Shown here: positions 1-11,989 of the stretch, piece by piece | Layout: each line of letters begins with the position of its first letter | Position numbering within the stretch: the stretch's first letter is position 1 | Assembly: GCF_018977255.1 (NCBI RefSeq) | Contig: NW_024704743.1 | Location: 86,740,001 to 86,804,000, forward strand | Origin: Callorhinchus milii | Taxonomy: Eukaryota | Reading direction: 5' to 3' | Length of the DNA stretch: 64,000 nucleotides | Notes under the pieces: generated by a model | Seen by the model: the letters and a program-made list of their open reading frames with translations, nothing else | Database searches by the model: none | Told to the model about the DNA's origin: nothing | Translations under genes and position numbers: made by a program

Positions 1-254
1 AGCTGGTATTTATTGAGACACAATGAGAAAGGGCATGTCAAGGCAGTAGCAGGAGCTCTTTGGCATTCAAGGCCTGAAATTCCACCTAATTTTAACTGGC
101 AAGGCCATAATTAAGGCTTCTACATTAAGACCGAAGTAACAATTGCTTCGCCATTACGCATTATTTCAGACTTTAAATGGTGTTACAGACTGAGCTCAGG
201 AGTAATTGCAGACTTGCCATCTTAACACCAAAGTTGGACTGGCTGGAAAAGCTT

Positions 255-899
255 CAACAACAACAAGATTCCATTTATAGAGCGCCTTTCACGTTGGGGG
301 GACGTCCCAAGGCGCTGTGCAATTGGGTCAGGACCCGAGCAGGGGGGAAATGGTCAGGGTGAGGGGAGGGAAGGGAGGGAGCGAGGAGGGGGTAGAGAGT
401 CGAGAGGGGAGCTGAAGGCACAGTCAAAGAGAAGGGTCTTGAGACCGGCCTTGAAGGCGGAAAGGGAAGAAGCAAGGTGAAGGCACTGGTGGATAGAGTT
501 CCAGAGCCTAAGGGCTGAGAGGCTGAAGTCCCGGCCACCGATGGTAGGGCGGTTGGGGCGGGGGATGTGGAGCAGACCGGAGCCAGAGGAACGGAGGGTA
601 CGTGCAGGTAAGTAGGGGGATAGTAGGACGGAGAGGTAGGAGGGAGCAAGGCCGTGAATGGCCTTGTAGGTGAGGATGAGGATCTTGAATTCGATCCTCT
701 GGGGGATGGGGAGCCAGTGGAGGCGAGCGAGGGTGGGAGTGATGTGGTCCTGGTGCGGGACAGTACACGAGCTGCAGAGTTCTGAATGAACTGCAGCTTG
801 TGGAGGGAGGTGCCGGGAAGGCCGGCGAGGAGAGAGTTCCCATAGTCCAGCCTTGAGGTGACAAAGGCGTGGACCAGAATTTCAGCAGTGTGAGGGGTG
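255..899 (-). mobile_element. L2-clade LINE, 5'-truncated young copy (ORF2 C-terminus + 3' UTR + (TTG)n tail)
   Basis: Minus frame reads AEILVHAFVTSRLDYGNSLLAGLP...KLQFIQNSAARVL, the typical L2 ORF2 C-terminus. Ends in the GCGCCTT...AAGGCGC stem-loop and TTG tail. Highly similar to 21546-21987. Confidence 0.93.
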
Positions 900-1344
900 C
901 TGCTGACATCGTTCACTCTGAGATTGAAAAGTATTCCACCAGAAAACAGCATTGTAAATAACACTGAGCCAGAACAAAGTTCCTTGGGATGTAAAGTGTA
1001 CGTAACACATGTAAAATGTAAAATCCCTCCAAGGATTTCATGTAAGTCAAGGCAATGCACGTAAACTCAACGATAACTGGATATGCTCCAGGAGCTGATT
1101 TCTGCATGGGGTTCCCTGAAGGAAATGCACTTTATTTTCCCAGGCACTAATTATACTGCTGTTTTTTCTGACAATCACTTGCTGACACTATGCGGTGCTC
1201 ATTCTAGTATCCTGACTAAAATGTACAGAAACCTACCAGCGTAAGACCAAATAGTAATCAGGCAGCTCTGATATGAGCCTCTCTGGTTATGCAGTAAGCC
1301 ATGTGATTGCTAACCGCTGACTTCCCCCAGCCTCCCATCTCTCC

Positions 1345-1564
1345 CTCCCATAGCTCCCTCTGCCTCGCCCCCTCCTTTGCCTCCTTCAAGACCCATCTCA
1401 AGACCCTGCTCTTCGACTGTGCCTTCGATCACCCTCCGTCCTCCCTCCTCTCCACCCTACCCGATCCGGATCCCCAGCTTGGGTCCGAAACACTGACTGT
1501 CCAGCGCCTTGGAACGTCCTCCCTACGTGAAAGGCGCTATACAAATGTAATTTTGTTGTTGTTG
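1345..1564 (+). mobile_element. L2 LINE 3' end fragment
   Basis: FKTHLKTLLF motif, then CCAGCGCCTTGGAACGTCCTCCCTACGTGAAAGGCGCTATACAAATG and (TTG)n. Confidence 0.88.
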
Positions 1565-2499
1565 GTCATAACCATCTTGAACCTCCCAATATGTTCAGCA
1601 TTTCACATGGAGGGCAATCTGTAAAACGGACCCCACCTCATCTCCTCTTAGCTGATTACAAGCTAACATTCATAATAAAATTTCCCCGAGCATACGTCCA
1701 GTGCATTACCTGGTAGGGAGAGGATTCATCCCATTCAAACATAAATCTGTAAAAAATACACTTTATGGTGGACAATATACAAGGATCGTCAATGACTTTG
1801 CTCAGTCCAGTGACAAGGGCATGTGCGCAAACAGCCAGATGATTCCTTAGTGCGTGTGTAAGTTGTACATAGTATTTTCTGATCCAATGCAATCCTTTGA
1901 AATGTGATCAACATTTTGATAATGCAGCACAAAATTCAGCAGCATTCACAAGATTACAAGTGGAGTTGCAGCCTGTGATTTTTATTTGCTGTTCTTGCAG
2001 TGCTACAAGCATCTGTTAAACCAACTCTACAATGATTGTGGAAAAAAATATATAGTGAGTGGGTTACAGGAAACGGGAACATATACAAATTAAATACAGC
2101 AAAATCATTTCAGAACAAACTGATCTGAATATGACCAAGTGTCACAATGTACAATTATCTCAAGCGGTACCTTTCAAGGCAGTCCAGTCTGAGCAGTTTT
2201 AATGTTGATATATGAAGAATATAAGAACAACACACATGTGTTGCTTTCTATTCCAATTCCACCAAATTAAATTCAGTTCAGTACAATGACAGAGTATCAT
2301 TTCATAAGAGTAACTTTCACTGGTATTCATTTGTTTATAGAAATGCCAAGTCTACCCTACAGATGAATGCAGTGTTCAGCTCAGTAACATCCCCAGCTGT
2401 ACTCTGCTGTGCTGTAGGCAGTATCTGCTAATAGACAGTCACACACTTACTTCTAGTGACCATGTTAGTGCCGTTTACACACACTCGCTCATAGCTGCA

Positions 2500-2641
2500 C
2501 ACACATTGTGCGCAATTGACTATTGCATTTCGCCCACAAAATATACAGTCAGTGACCTTTACAGGATATTCTGTGAAGCGCTTTGAGACATCTTAACGAC
2601 GTGAAAAGGCGCTATAGGAAATGCAAGGATTATTGTTATTA
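2500..2641 (+). mobile_element. SINE 3' half (L2-tailed family)
   Basis: TGTGCGCAATTG...TCTGTGAAGCGCTTTGAGAC...AAATGCAAGGATTATT, matching the full copies. Confidence 0.85.
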
Positions 2642-3780
2642 CCGATTCTGACTTCACTACCTGCTGAAAACAGAATTCCCCATTACCAACGAGCAACAAA
2701 AACAGATCGCTAAATTTAATAATCAAGGCATGATTGACCCACAATCATCTCTGCAGGCACACAAAAGAATTCACTGGTATTTGCTCTGTTAGCCTCCTAT
2801 TTTTACACTCACAAGCGACCAATTTACATATATGGGTTCTTGGCACATTTGTTCATTTGCACACACTCCCAGTTTCTCATTTGCTCACACAAATCTCATT
2901 CAGCATCTCCAGTGCAGCAGAACCGACCCGTTAATTAGAGAAACAGCAACTGGCCACTCAATGCAAAAATAAAGTCACGTAGGTAACTGCCAGCTTAACC
3001 CTCACCGTATCTAGGACATACTGTATATTGTTTAGATACACAGACTTCCCTAGGGGCTATTTTTGTGAAATTACCAACAGCCACCCTTCTGTTCCAATCA
3101 TCTGGAGGGTGAGCAATTTGATTTATTAACTGTAATACATTTTTGTCAGTGTTTACTTCAGAAGGAAGAAATTTCATAAATACAGGGAGGTGTCAAGCGA
3201 CGATCGCTCTTAGAATTTGACACTGCACTTTTCTTCAGCCAACTCAACTTAAATGTATTTTTTATTTTTTTTAATAAACAAGGAATTTGCAGATCTCAGA
3301 AGCGTTTTTAACCTGCACTTCAAATTTTAGTTTGTCTGGTGTGGGGAGTGGGGGGGGAGAGAGGAGGAGGAGGAAGAGAGTTAGATTTGAGAACACAATA
3401 TAGATTTAATAAATGTAGTAAAATATTAGCGGTATGCAATGAACTGAAACGTAGATCTACAACCGATTAGTCTTGTGAATGACAACCTTATTTCCCATCA
3501 AAGACTGATATTATGTATATTATTTTTGCTTCAATAATTAAATTCAATGAAAGCCTGGAGCAGCAGCAAAACCCAGCCGTTGCACAAAGCCGACATAAAA
3601 GGTGAGGGATGGTTAGAGAAAGGAAGCTGTTTGGTTGAAATGTACCAATTTTTTCTCAAGCATGCAGTCATTCTACTTCCATTGCTCGTCTGCTCAGAAA
3701 AACACAAAAGCCTTTTGGTGTAAATATTTTGACAGCAAATTGTGTCTCATTTACATCACTGTCACTCTTTATTTAAAGTA

Positions 3781-3804
3781 TATAATTTATGATCATAAAT
3801 TATA
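3781..3804. other. Perfect 24-bp palindrome TATAATTTATGATCATAAATTATA
   Basis: Equals its own reverse complement (checked base by base). Confidence 0.95.
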
Positions 3805-4521
3805 ATTGCCTTTTGTCACATTTTATTAAATTGCAGTGTGTAACTGAATAGTCACTGCCCTCTGTGCCGTCATTCGTGCCGTAATATGCCCTAGGTATCA
3901 CAGTGTGCCCATCTGGCTCTGACATCTGTCTCTCTATTGATCACAAGGGCTTAGTCAGTTGATCAAACAGATCAGTACAGGAAATTGCTCTTTTGCATGC
4001 AAAAGGGCCAAATGTTTGAACAAGGAGCACACAAAACTACAACACAAGTATTGCTGCATCCTCATGCCATCACAGAATGAAAATACATTGTGAACAATTT
4101 AGCAGCAAGGAAATAGCAATAGTCCAGCAAGGGAATGGGAGAGTGGGGAACAATTTAATAATTTGACAACGAAACGAGCACTGAATTGAACTGATAGGAA
4201 CCTTTATGTGACATGCAACTGTGAGGAGAAATTAGGACACTATTTGCTCTTTGTTGGACTGGTAATTGTATGCTGCACATGGTGGGGGGTGGGGGAAAAG
4301 GTCTACTTTCCAGATCCTTTGCAAGTGTGAAATTCAGGAGATGTTAGAAGGATTTTCTCAAATCTGAAGCAGATTGTGCAACTTTAATACAAACTTGAAT
4401 TTTGTTTCCTTAGGCTATTGTTATCCCTCCCCACCACCCATCACCATCACCACGTTTCATTGACTAATTATTAAATTGTTCGCCTCGTTCCTGCTCCCAT
4501 GTCAATGTTAATTACTAGGAT

Positions 4522-4635
4522 TACATAGAAAATTACAGCACAGAAACAGGCCATTCAGCCCAACTAGTTCTTGTTAAGTGTTTATTCTCCACATAAACCT
4601 CTAGCCCTCCTAACCCCGTCTATTCCCTTCTCCCT
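4522..4635 (-). mobile_element. CR1-type LINE 3' tail
   Basis: Reverse complement reads GGGCTGAATGGCCTGTTTCTGTGCTGTAATTTTCTATGT, a CR1-type terminus. Confidence 0.65.
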
Positions 4636-4644
4636 CATGTACAA

Positions 4645-4935
4645 CCATAACAATAATAATAGCCATTAATAATCTTTGCATTTGGTAAACCATCTTTTAC
4701 GTCAGCGCATTTCACAGGATTTACCATAAAGTGCACTGTGACTATATTTTGAAGGCAAATACAGCAGCCACTTTGCACACCGAGAAACTCCCTTTTTTTT
4801 TCAAAGAGTGCCATGGGATCTTTAAAATCCACCTGAACAGGCATGCAGCACCTCGGCTTAACATCTTATGTTAAGGATGGCACCTCTGACAATACAGCGC
4901 TCCCCAGCACTGCGTTGGAGTACCAGCCTAGACTT
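4645..4935 (-). mobile_element. Old Deu/Nin-domain SINE
   Basis: GTGCCATGGGATCTTTAA..TCCACCTGAACAGG...GATGGCACCTCTGACAAT, the reverse complement of the Deu core seen at 34450-34600. Confidence 0.8.
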
Positions 4936-6314
4936 GAAACTTCAATGCATGTTTAATGGTTTTAATATGTGATTAGAGCAGTTACCATAGTCAGAGTTCT
5001 TTATTTTTGGTAAATTATATCTTGGAGGATAAAATGACTAAATAAAATTCGATCCATTTAATAATTAGTCGATGAAACATGTACTAAGTGATCTAGTATG
5101 TTTCTGTGACTTGCGACTGTGAGAGGGAGTTATAACAAAAGCTATTTGCCGTTTCTTGGGCTGTTAATTTTGTGCTCTTCAGAGCTGAGAAATGAACAGA
5201 AATTGTTTCTCTCTTTCCATTTAATGCAGTCGGTGATTTAAATTAATAACAAATAGGACTAGATGAGCCAACTATGACCTTCCTTTGCAGGAATAGAAAT
5301 GAGTCGCGCCTGAAAATCAGGAAACTTTGCTTCCAACATTTTCTTTCTCTGGTTCTTCAACCCTACCTTAGGTAATTGCAATTGGGGATATGGGATGGGG
5401 AGTGGGGGGATGTACCAGAAAAGAAATCCCCCACCATCTTGAAAATGCACACTATAGACCAACAGTATTTAACATTTCATGTGAAGGATGCCACATGCGG
5501 GTGACTCAAGGTAAGTCACTATTTGTTATCTGCTTCATTACTGTCAACCTCCAATGGTAGAAATGGCCTTGTCTGCAAACTCTTCGACCAAGCTTCCGGT
5601 CAGCCCCACCCCATCTTCCTTTCCAGTGGCTCAAGTGCTCAGACAACAGTGTCGAGCACGACCTCCCACCATGAAAAGCTATATAAATGTGAATTGTATT
5701 GTACTGTATAAAGCTGTCATTTAAAAGTGGTATAAGAGTGAGTTTTAAGGATGATAATATCTGGCGAGCGCAAACAGCAGAAATTCCTTCCTTTTTACCA
5801 TACTCCTCCACAGCTTTTTTTATGTTCTTATAGATAGTTTTCCTTTAAGAAATAATTTTATGGGATTATAATACATAGGTAATGTGCAGACACGAGCACC
5901 AAAAGTAATTTCATCCCAGATATTCCAATTTTGCATTTATTTGAAGCAAGGTCCTTGATTTCCAGTAAATCATTTAACTACAATCATCCTCTGCGTCAGC
6001 ATCATAAATGGGAGATCGTTGTAACAAGCAGCAAAAGACGAGTAAACCACAAATCTCTCAACCCACAAATTATCATTTGTGGGAATAAAATTATGAGGGT
6101 AAGGTTTCTCTGCAGGGTATAAATAGGATTGAAAAATTAACTCAGAAACATTGCAATTGTAAGATAGACTGGGGGCAAAACAAAATTGGCTGAGAATAAG
6201 TTTCTTGAAAAGTGTATAAAATAAAGACTGAATTGTGTTGTGGAAATTCTACAGCAGGGTCAATTTGCTCCTAGTTCAAGAGCCAAACTTTATGTTTGGA
6301 TGTAAAACACTAGA

Positions 6315-6451
6315 GGCTTGAAATTTCTCATGGTCTTAGTTCTATTGTGTACCGGAGAAAGATGGCTTAAGACTGAATTAAAAAATAGTCCAAAGCTCTG
6401 GTACCTTTCATAGTTTTTCAAACTGCCTAAGGGCAAGAGAAATTTCAGACC
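6315..6451. mobile_element. Short MITE-like element with 15-bp TIR
   Basis: GGCTTGAAATTTCTC (6315-6329) is inverted to GAGAAATTTCAGACC (6437-6451), 13/15 matches; related to the TIR at 24605/24967. Confidence 0.55.
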
Positions 6452-6594
6452 AGGTCAATGTTGATGTTTTAGTCACAGAAATGGATCTCTGTTTTGCCTT
6501 CTGTTAGGAGTCACCTTATAAATTCTGATACTCAGTACACCTAAAGTCAGAGGTGTTAAAAGCAGGATCTTTAGCTGCTTTGTTGCTTTTGTTC

Positions 6595-6660
6595 AGCACC
6601 TTGGGATGTCCTCCCAACGTGAAAGGCACTATACAAATGTAATTTGTTGTTGTTGTTGTG
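6595..6660 (+). mobile_element. L2 extreme 3' tail
   Basis: CAGCACCTTGGGATGTCCTCCCAACGTGAAAGGCACTATACAAATG plus (TTG)n. Confidence 0.85.
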
Positions 6661-6857
6661 ATAGGGATGTCGTTAAACATGACTGTCGGTCAAGGAAGTG
6701 AGTCTGGATTTCCACGCAGGAGCTACCACAATGCTCAGATTAGTTGGTCATTCATCTCAAGATTATTTGTGACATTTTGCTGGTGCAAAAATGGCTTCAG
6801 TGTTTGCTTGCAAAAACAGTCACTACATTTGAGAGCAATTATCTGTTAAGTTTAAAT

Positions 6858-7080
6858 GTCCGGTTGGCTCATTTCACAGTATTCTTGCCTTTGGGTCAGG
6901 AAGTTGTGGGCTCAAGTCCCAGGCTGAGGTTTAGGCTGACACTCAAATTGTATGATGTGTCATCCTTCAGATAAGATGACAAACTGAAGTCCTGTCTGCC
7001 TGTTCAGGTGGACATTAAAGATCCTATGCCACTATTCAAAAAAGGGGAGTTTCTCCCTGTGTCCTGGCCAACAATTACCA
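6858..7080 (+). mobile_element. Old Deu/Nin-domain SINE
   Basis: tRNA-like head remnant, then CCTTCAGATAAGA..CTGCCTGTTCAGGTGGACATTAAAGATCCTATGCCACTATT. Confidence 0.8.
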
Positions 7081-7554
7081 AATACAATTCTGCTTGGGTA
7101 TTTGACAGGCAGAGGAAGCACATCTCCACAGGAAGCAGGGAGGAGATAAAAGCAACAAGGATAGTAGCCACACTAAACCTCCATGTTGAACGGTTTTAAT
7201 GGAAATAAAAGGAAAATGGTAAGAAATCTGACACAACAGGTGGCAAATTCACAGAATGTCAATCAGCCTTCAAGAGCACAAGATATAGTAATGTTTCATG
7301 CACAGTCCTTCATACCAATTCACTGGGTCTGACTTGCTTTCTCTCACTTGATAGCAGAGAAGAAGGAACATAGGTGAATCTTAGCTCTGCAACATCCAAT
7401 GGCCAGGCTGGCTACTAATGGAGGCTCAGAAATAATAATAATAATAATGCATGGAGAAGTAGAGACAAGGGGTGATATTAAGGGAGGTGGATTGTGAGTG
7501 AACCCAGGACTGAATTATAGATACATCAGACCTAAAGTCAGATTTCAATGATTT

Positions 7555-7672
7555 CAGTGCAGTGATGAGGATGTGCTGCATTGCCAGGGCTGTGCTGCAT
7601 TGCTGAAAGTTCCATCCTTCAGGTGAGACCCTAAACTGAGGTCCCACCTGCCTGTTCAGGTAGACATTAATG
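7555..7672 (+). mobile_element. Deu-SINE core fragment
   Basis: GTGCTGCATTG..CCTTCAGGTGAGAC..CCTGCCTGTTCAGGTAGACATTAA. Confidence 0.7.
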
Positions 7673-8910
7673 TAGAGTTGTCCAATACATTGGTCAGGAG
7701 ACACATGTGATGAATTGCACACTAATGAAAAGTGTCGCCAATTGAGGTTAATGCAGTATCAGCAATAAAAAGCATTAACAATCGCAGAAAACACTCACAT
7801 AATTATTGGAATTCACTAATAAGTCTGCTGGTTGTGTAATCTTCATGAGCCGGAAACTGTGTGCTTGTTGTGTTCGTGAAGTATGAATTACAGTCCACTT
7901 ATGGTAGGCAAAGAAGTGAACCAACTGCTGATGTTGAAAGTGGAACCGAAAACTTTACTGTAGGATTACCTTCTTCTTCACAACCGGCTGCTAAGCCATC
8001 GAGATTGGAGTAAAGATTACTGATAATTTGAGAGCGAATGGAAAGTGAAGTTCCTCGTCATGGAAAGTGAAGAGAAACCTCCATACTTGCTTTGCAAGAA
8101 GCATTTTCTTGATTATCAGGAAGATCATGTACAGCAGCATTTTCAGTGCGTTCACTCTGAGTTTGACAAGGAATTTATGATTGGTTCCGAAAGCAAACAC
8201 AAAAAATCTGTTGTTTGAAAGAGATGCTGAACCAGCAGTGCACTCTTTTATATTTTTATTGTTTGTTAAACTGCCTTATTTATTTATAAGTTAATTATAA
8301 GCAGCGAAGTGTTTTATTTATTTATTGCTTGTTAAACTGCTTTGGAGTTGGTCACCTTAGCCAGCTACAAAGCAGCCTAGATGTTGGCGAGTAAGAAAAA
8401 ACCCTTTTCTGATGGCAAATTAGTGAAAAACATTCTTGTTGTTTCAAAATGTTGTAAAATCTCTGCCCATGTTTGGCTTAACTTACATGTGTGAGGTGAC
8501 ATTTTCAGCTATTACTGTCTTCCGTGAAGTCGCAGTTGCTGAACACCAGCTTGGAAGTGGAGATGTGTCGTGCTCCATTTCCAAGCTGATTGGTTTTCGC
8601 CAGAGTTTTGAAAATTGCTGCAAGATAAAGACTGCAAAGTTTCTCACTGAAAAATATGTCCTTACAATACAAACTTATAATAGAAGCAGTAACATTTGTC
8701 ATTTGTAACATTTGTTACTGCTTCTAATGTTTGTTTTTTTATTGAGTGCATCATATGTTGCTTCCGTCACACTGGGTTTTGTCTGCTGTTTGAATAAAAT
8801 GCAGGAATAAAGAAGCTTACAAAGGAAAACAGTTCAAAGCAGTTTTGTACTTGGAAAATCAATGCCTGAGTGATTTTTTTTATTCTATGGCCAATCGGTT
8901 GCTTCGTTAG
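7673..8910 (+). mobile_element. Internally deleted hAT DNA transposon fossil (Charlie/SPIN/Buster, GTF2IRD2-like transposase)
   Basis: From 8027: FESEWKVKFLVMESEEKPPYLLCKKHFLDYQEDHVQQHFQCVHSEFDKEF (BED-like finger remnant). About 8350-8430: VTLASYKAA*MLASKKKPFSDGKLVK. About 8450-8520: LPMFGLTYMCEVTFSAI (cf. FGSTYLCExxFS C-terminal motif). The outer boundaries are tentative. Confidence 0.8.
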
Positions 8911-9420
8911 CTATGGTGATCTAGGATAACGCAATGTTAATGATCACAGTGTACTATTTGAAAAGAGAAGGACATCACTAGCAGTGTTTCGCCAATCCCT
9001 GAGGTAAAACTGGTCATTCACTTCCTAGTTGTTTGTAGGATGTTCCTGTGCACAAATTGACTGCCACGTGACTATACCAGCAAACTGCTTCAAAAACCAG
9101 GAGACTCGAGAGACAATTAAAGTGCTCAGAGCAAAAAAAATCTTCCTGCTAAGTACAGATATTCTGAATTGACTACGTGCACTCATAATAGGATTTTTTC
9201 CCCTTTATAAGAGCATATTATAGTTAAGGTTGCTTTGTTTAGCAGCAAGAGCAACTTCACCCATTAGGTCTCCATTCTAACATGATAAATGCTGGGAGAT
9301 TCATTACATTGATTATCAAATGGGCAGTATAAAACTGATTGTTCACTGATACTAACAGTTCAAAAACGTATATCGCACTGGTTTTGTTACACTAAATTTT
9401 TTCTAAGAATAAATAATCAG

Positions 9421-9730
9421 TCAGGTGCCTGACACATGCGGAAACCCATTACTCTGCTCATGAGTATCCAAACCAAGCTGAGAATTCAATTCATCCCACC
9501 TATACATGGAAATTCCAGAGATGTTTATTGGATTGGAATGCACACTCTCTCTCTGTTGGGATGTATCCTGCTTACCTAATGCCAGAAAGTACTAGGTGCA
9601 GGTTATCCATTGGGATACTGCTGGAGTCTAACCAGCTAAAACCACGTAGCTTGCCATTGAGAGCCCTGTCTGGCAAGCTTTCCTGCTGCTTATCCAGCTG
9701 GGACTACCCTACCCATTAGGGTTTGGGCTT
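9421..9730 (+). repeat. Unclassified ~300-bp interspersed repeat, copy 1
   Basis: GTGCCTGACACATGCGGAAACCCAT...CTGCTGGAGTCTAACCAGCTAAAACCACGTAGCTTGCC...CCCTACCCATTAGG, shared with four other loci. Confidence 0.8.
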
Positions 9731-9889
9731 AACAGGAGCTGAGTGAAGAGTCTCCTCCCCCAGTGACTAAGGGGGGAAATTTGCAGTGCTTCATGAAGCA
9801 ATTGTTGTGCTACTTATCACATATAGTGCATTATGAAACACTCTGAATTTAGACCCACTCCTCAATGATTGCTGGTCATTAAACGATTC

Positions 9890-10233
9890 AATAATAATAA
9901 TAAAATAATAATCCTCGCATTTGATATTATTATTATTATTATAGCGCTTTTCACGTCGGGAGGACGTCCCAAAGCACTTCACAGAACACACTGTAAAGTG
10001 AATTGATTGTATATTTGTGGGCGAACGCGGCAGCCGATTGCGCACAGCAATGTCCCACAAACAGTCGTGGGTTGAAAATGACCAATTTATTATTGTTTTT
10101 GGTTTTGGAGGGATTATTATTAGGCTCTGTGTGGAGTAAGGAAACCTGCCCAAGGTTTCGCCCTCTGCCGGGAATTGAACTCAGGTCTCTCGCTCGCAAA
10201 GCGAGTGCTCTAACCACTGAGCTACAGGACTCC
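9890..10233 (-). mobile_element. Young tRNA-Ala-derived SINE, full length (short form)
   Basis: Head GGAGTCCTGTAGCTCAGTGGTTAGAGC with A/B boxes, CORE-like CCTTGGGCAGGT, L2-like stem-loop, (TTA)n tail. Confidence 0.95.
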
Positions 10234-10322
10234 ACAATCTCTTCTTGTCGCAATTGTTTTCAAAAAATGCTGCTTAAAAAAAATTGTTGCCAATCAGGTC
10301 CTTCCCACAAGGGTGCAGTGAT

Positions 10323-10500
10323 TCAGCCTGGCTCAGTTGGTGTCAACAACAACAACTTGCATTTATACAGTGCCCTCCACACAGGGTGGTGACCCACAGT
10401 GCTTAGCACATGTTAACACATTGACCTGTGAGTCAGAAGGTTGTGGGTTCAGCCCCCACATCAGAATTTGAACTCACCATCTCGGCTGACACTCCAAAGC
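10323..10500 (+). mobile_element. Deu-SINE 5' part interrupted by an antisense L2-type tail (about 10344-10415)
   Basis: TCAGCCTGGCTCAGTTGG [CAACAACAACTTGCATTTATACAG...] GAGTCAGAAGGTTGTGGGTTCAGCCCC. Confidence 0.65.
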
Positions 10501-10520
10501 AAGATCGCGAGGTACTACTT

Positions 10521-10663
10521 AACAACAACAACAACATTTCATTTATAGAGCGCCTTTCCCATCAGTTGGGTCGGGACCCGAGCAGGGGGGAAATGGTCAG
10601 GGTGAGGGGAGGGAAGGGAGGGAGCGAGGAGGGGGTAGAGAGTCGAGAGGGGAGCTGAAGGCA
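10521..10663 (-). mobile_element. Young L2 3' UTR with internal deletion
   Basis: 10566-10662 is nearly identical to 322-420; the stem-loop region is deleted. Confidence 0.88.
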
Positions 10664-11989
10664 GGCTACTTAAAAACAGAAGGTAGTTTCTCCTGATGTC
10701 TTGGCAAACAATTCTCCCAAATTCAATTGTTTTATGGCTGTTGGATAAAAAGTAACACAGTCCCTATACTCTACAGTAGCAACCTTTGAAGTGCTTTGAG
10801 ATGTTCCGTCGATGTGACAAGATACTATATCAAATGCAAGATTATTATTACTGTTATTATTATTATCATCATCATTGCCAATGACAATTATCATATCACA
10901 TACACATTTCCTATTCTCTCCTCCTCCTAAATTATTACACACAATAATTGATGTCGTCACAAATTCTGGTACTCATAAAATGGCATGAAGACTTAACCAT
11001 TTTGGCTGCAATTTCCACCACGTCCTTATAATGAGTGTCGGCATTCCCTGCACTGTCGTTATTTGTGTTAGATGAGGAATTTCACTTTGATTTCTGTGCC
11101 TGACAGATGCACAATAGGTCATTCACTGCTAATGAACCTCCGGTTTGAATTTTTGTGCTTGATCCAATGTACCACACAAATATCCAGATATTTTGTCTTC
11201 TGCTCAGGCAATCATGCACAGATTTGCCTTCTGTTCACCGCACACAATACGGACGATATAGTGCCATGTTTTTAAAGAGACAGCGCACCGCACCTCAATA
11301 ATGCCTGAGCACTTACATCGCTCCCTAATTTGTCACAGGAGTCTTAAGCCTCTCTCACCTAATGAATTTTTTTTAGACAATATGCTCAGTCTGGCTCCCA
11401 GCATACTGAGGGAGATCAGGGCAGCCCGATAGTATTGCCAAGATGATGGACGTAAAAGTCCTCAATATGTCTAATTTTAAAACCTAGAACCGGACTGCTC
11501 TTTACAACGCTGTAATGCTGGAACCGTCTGCTGTGGAACAGATTGTAAAATTATAAAGGAAACTCATGTCACCGCTCACTGTCTCTGGTCACCAGGGGGG
11601 ATCATGCACCAACTGCTTTGGTAGTTCTGAATTGGAATGGGTTATGGAATTCTGCCCAAAGCCACTTCCTCAGAGCCATATTGGCCTGCACTGTGTACGT
11701 GATAATTGCTTTGAAAGATTTGGATAAAAGTACTTTAAATCTCCCACCAATTAACAATGGGGAGAGTACAGAAATAATGCGCGGATTTCTAGATTTAAAG
11801 CTCACGTTTGGAGCTCATTGTAGCTGATTTATTTTACACTTTTTCTGAGAGAGATTACTTTACTTTTCTCCTGATTGATGTCCCTTTAATTAACTCAAAT
11901 GCAAGTTATACTCAAGCTATATAACATCCAGCTCAAACTGCACCCACAGTTCTGTGTATAGTTCTGCTGATGGCAACATAAAGGGGCTG

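Noticed and set aside
340..420. G-quadruplex-like G runs (also 10580-10660)
   Set aside because: Antisense of the C-rich L2 3' UTR; explained by the repeat.
275..1060. 261-aa ORF, the longest in the window
   Set aside because: Frameshifted L2 ORF2 fragment read through into flanking DNA; not a host gene.
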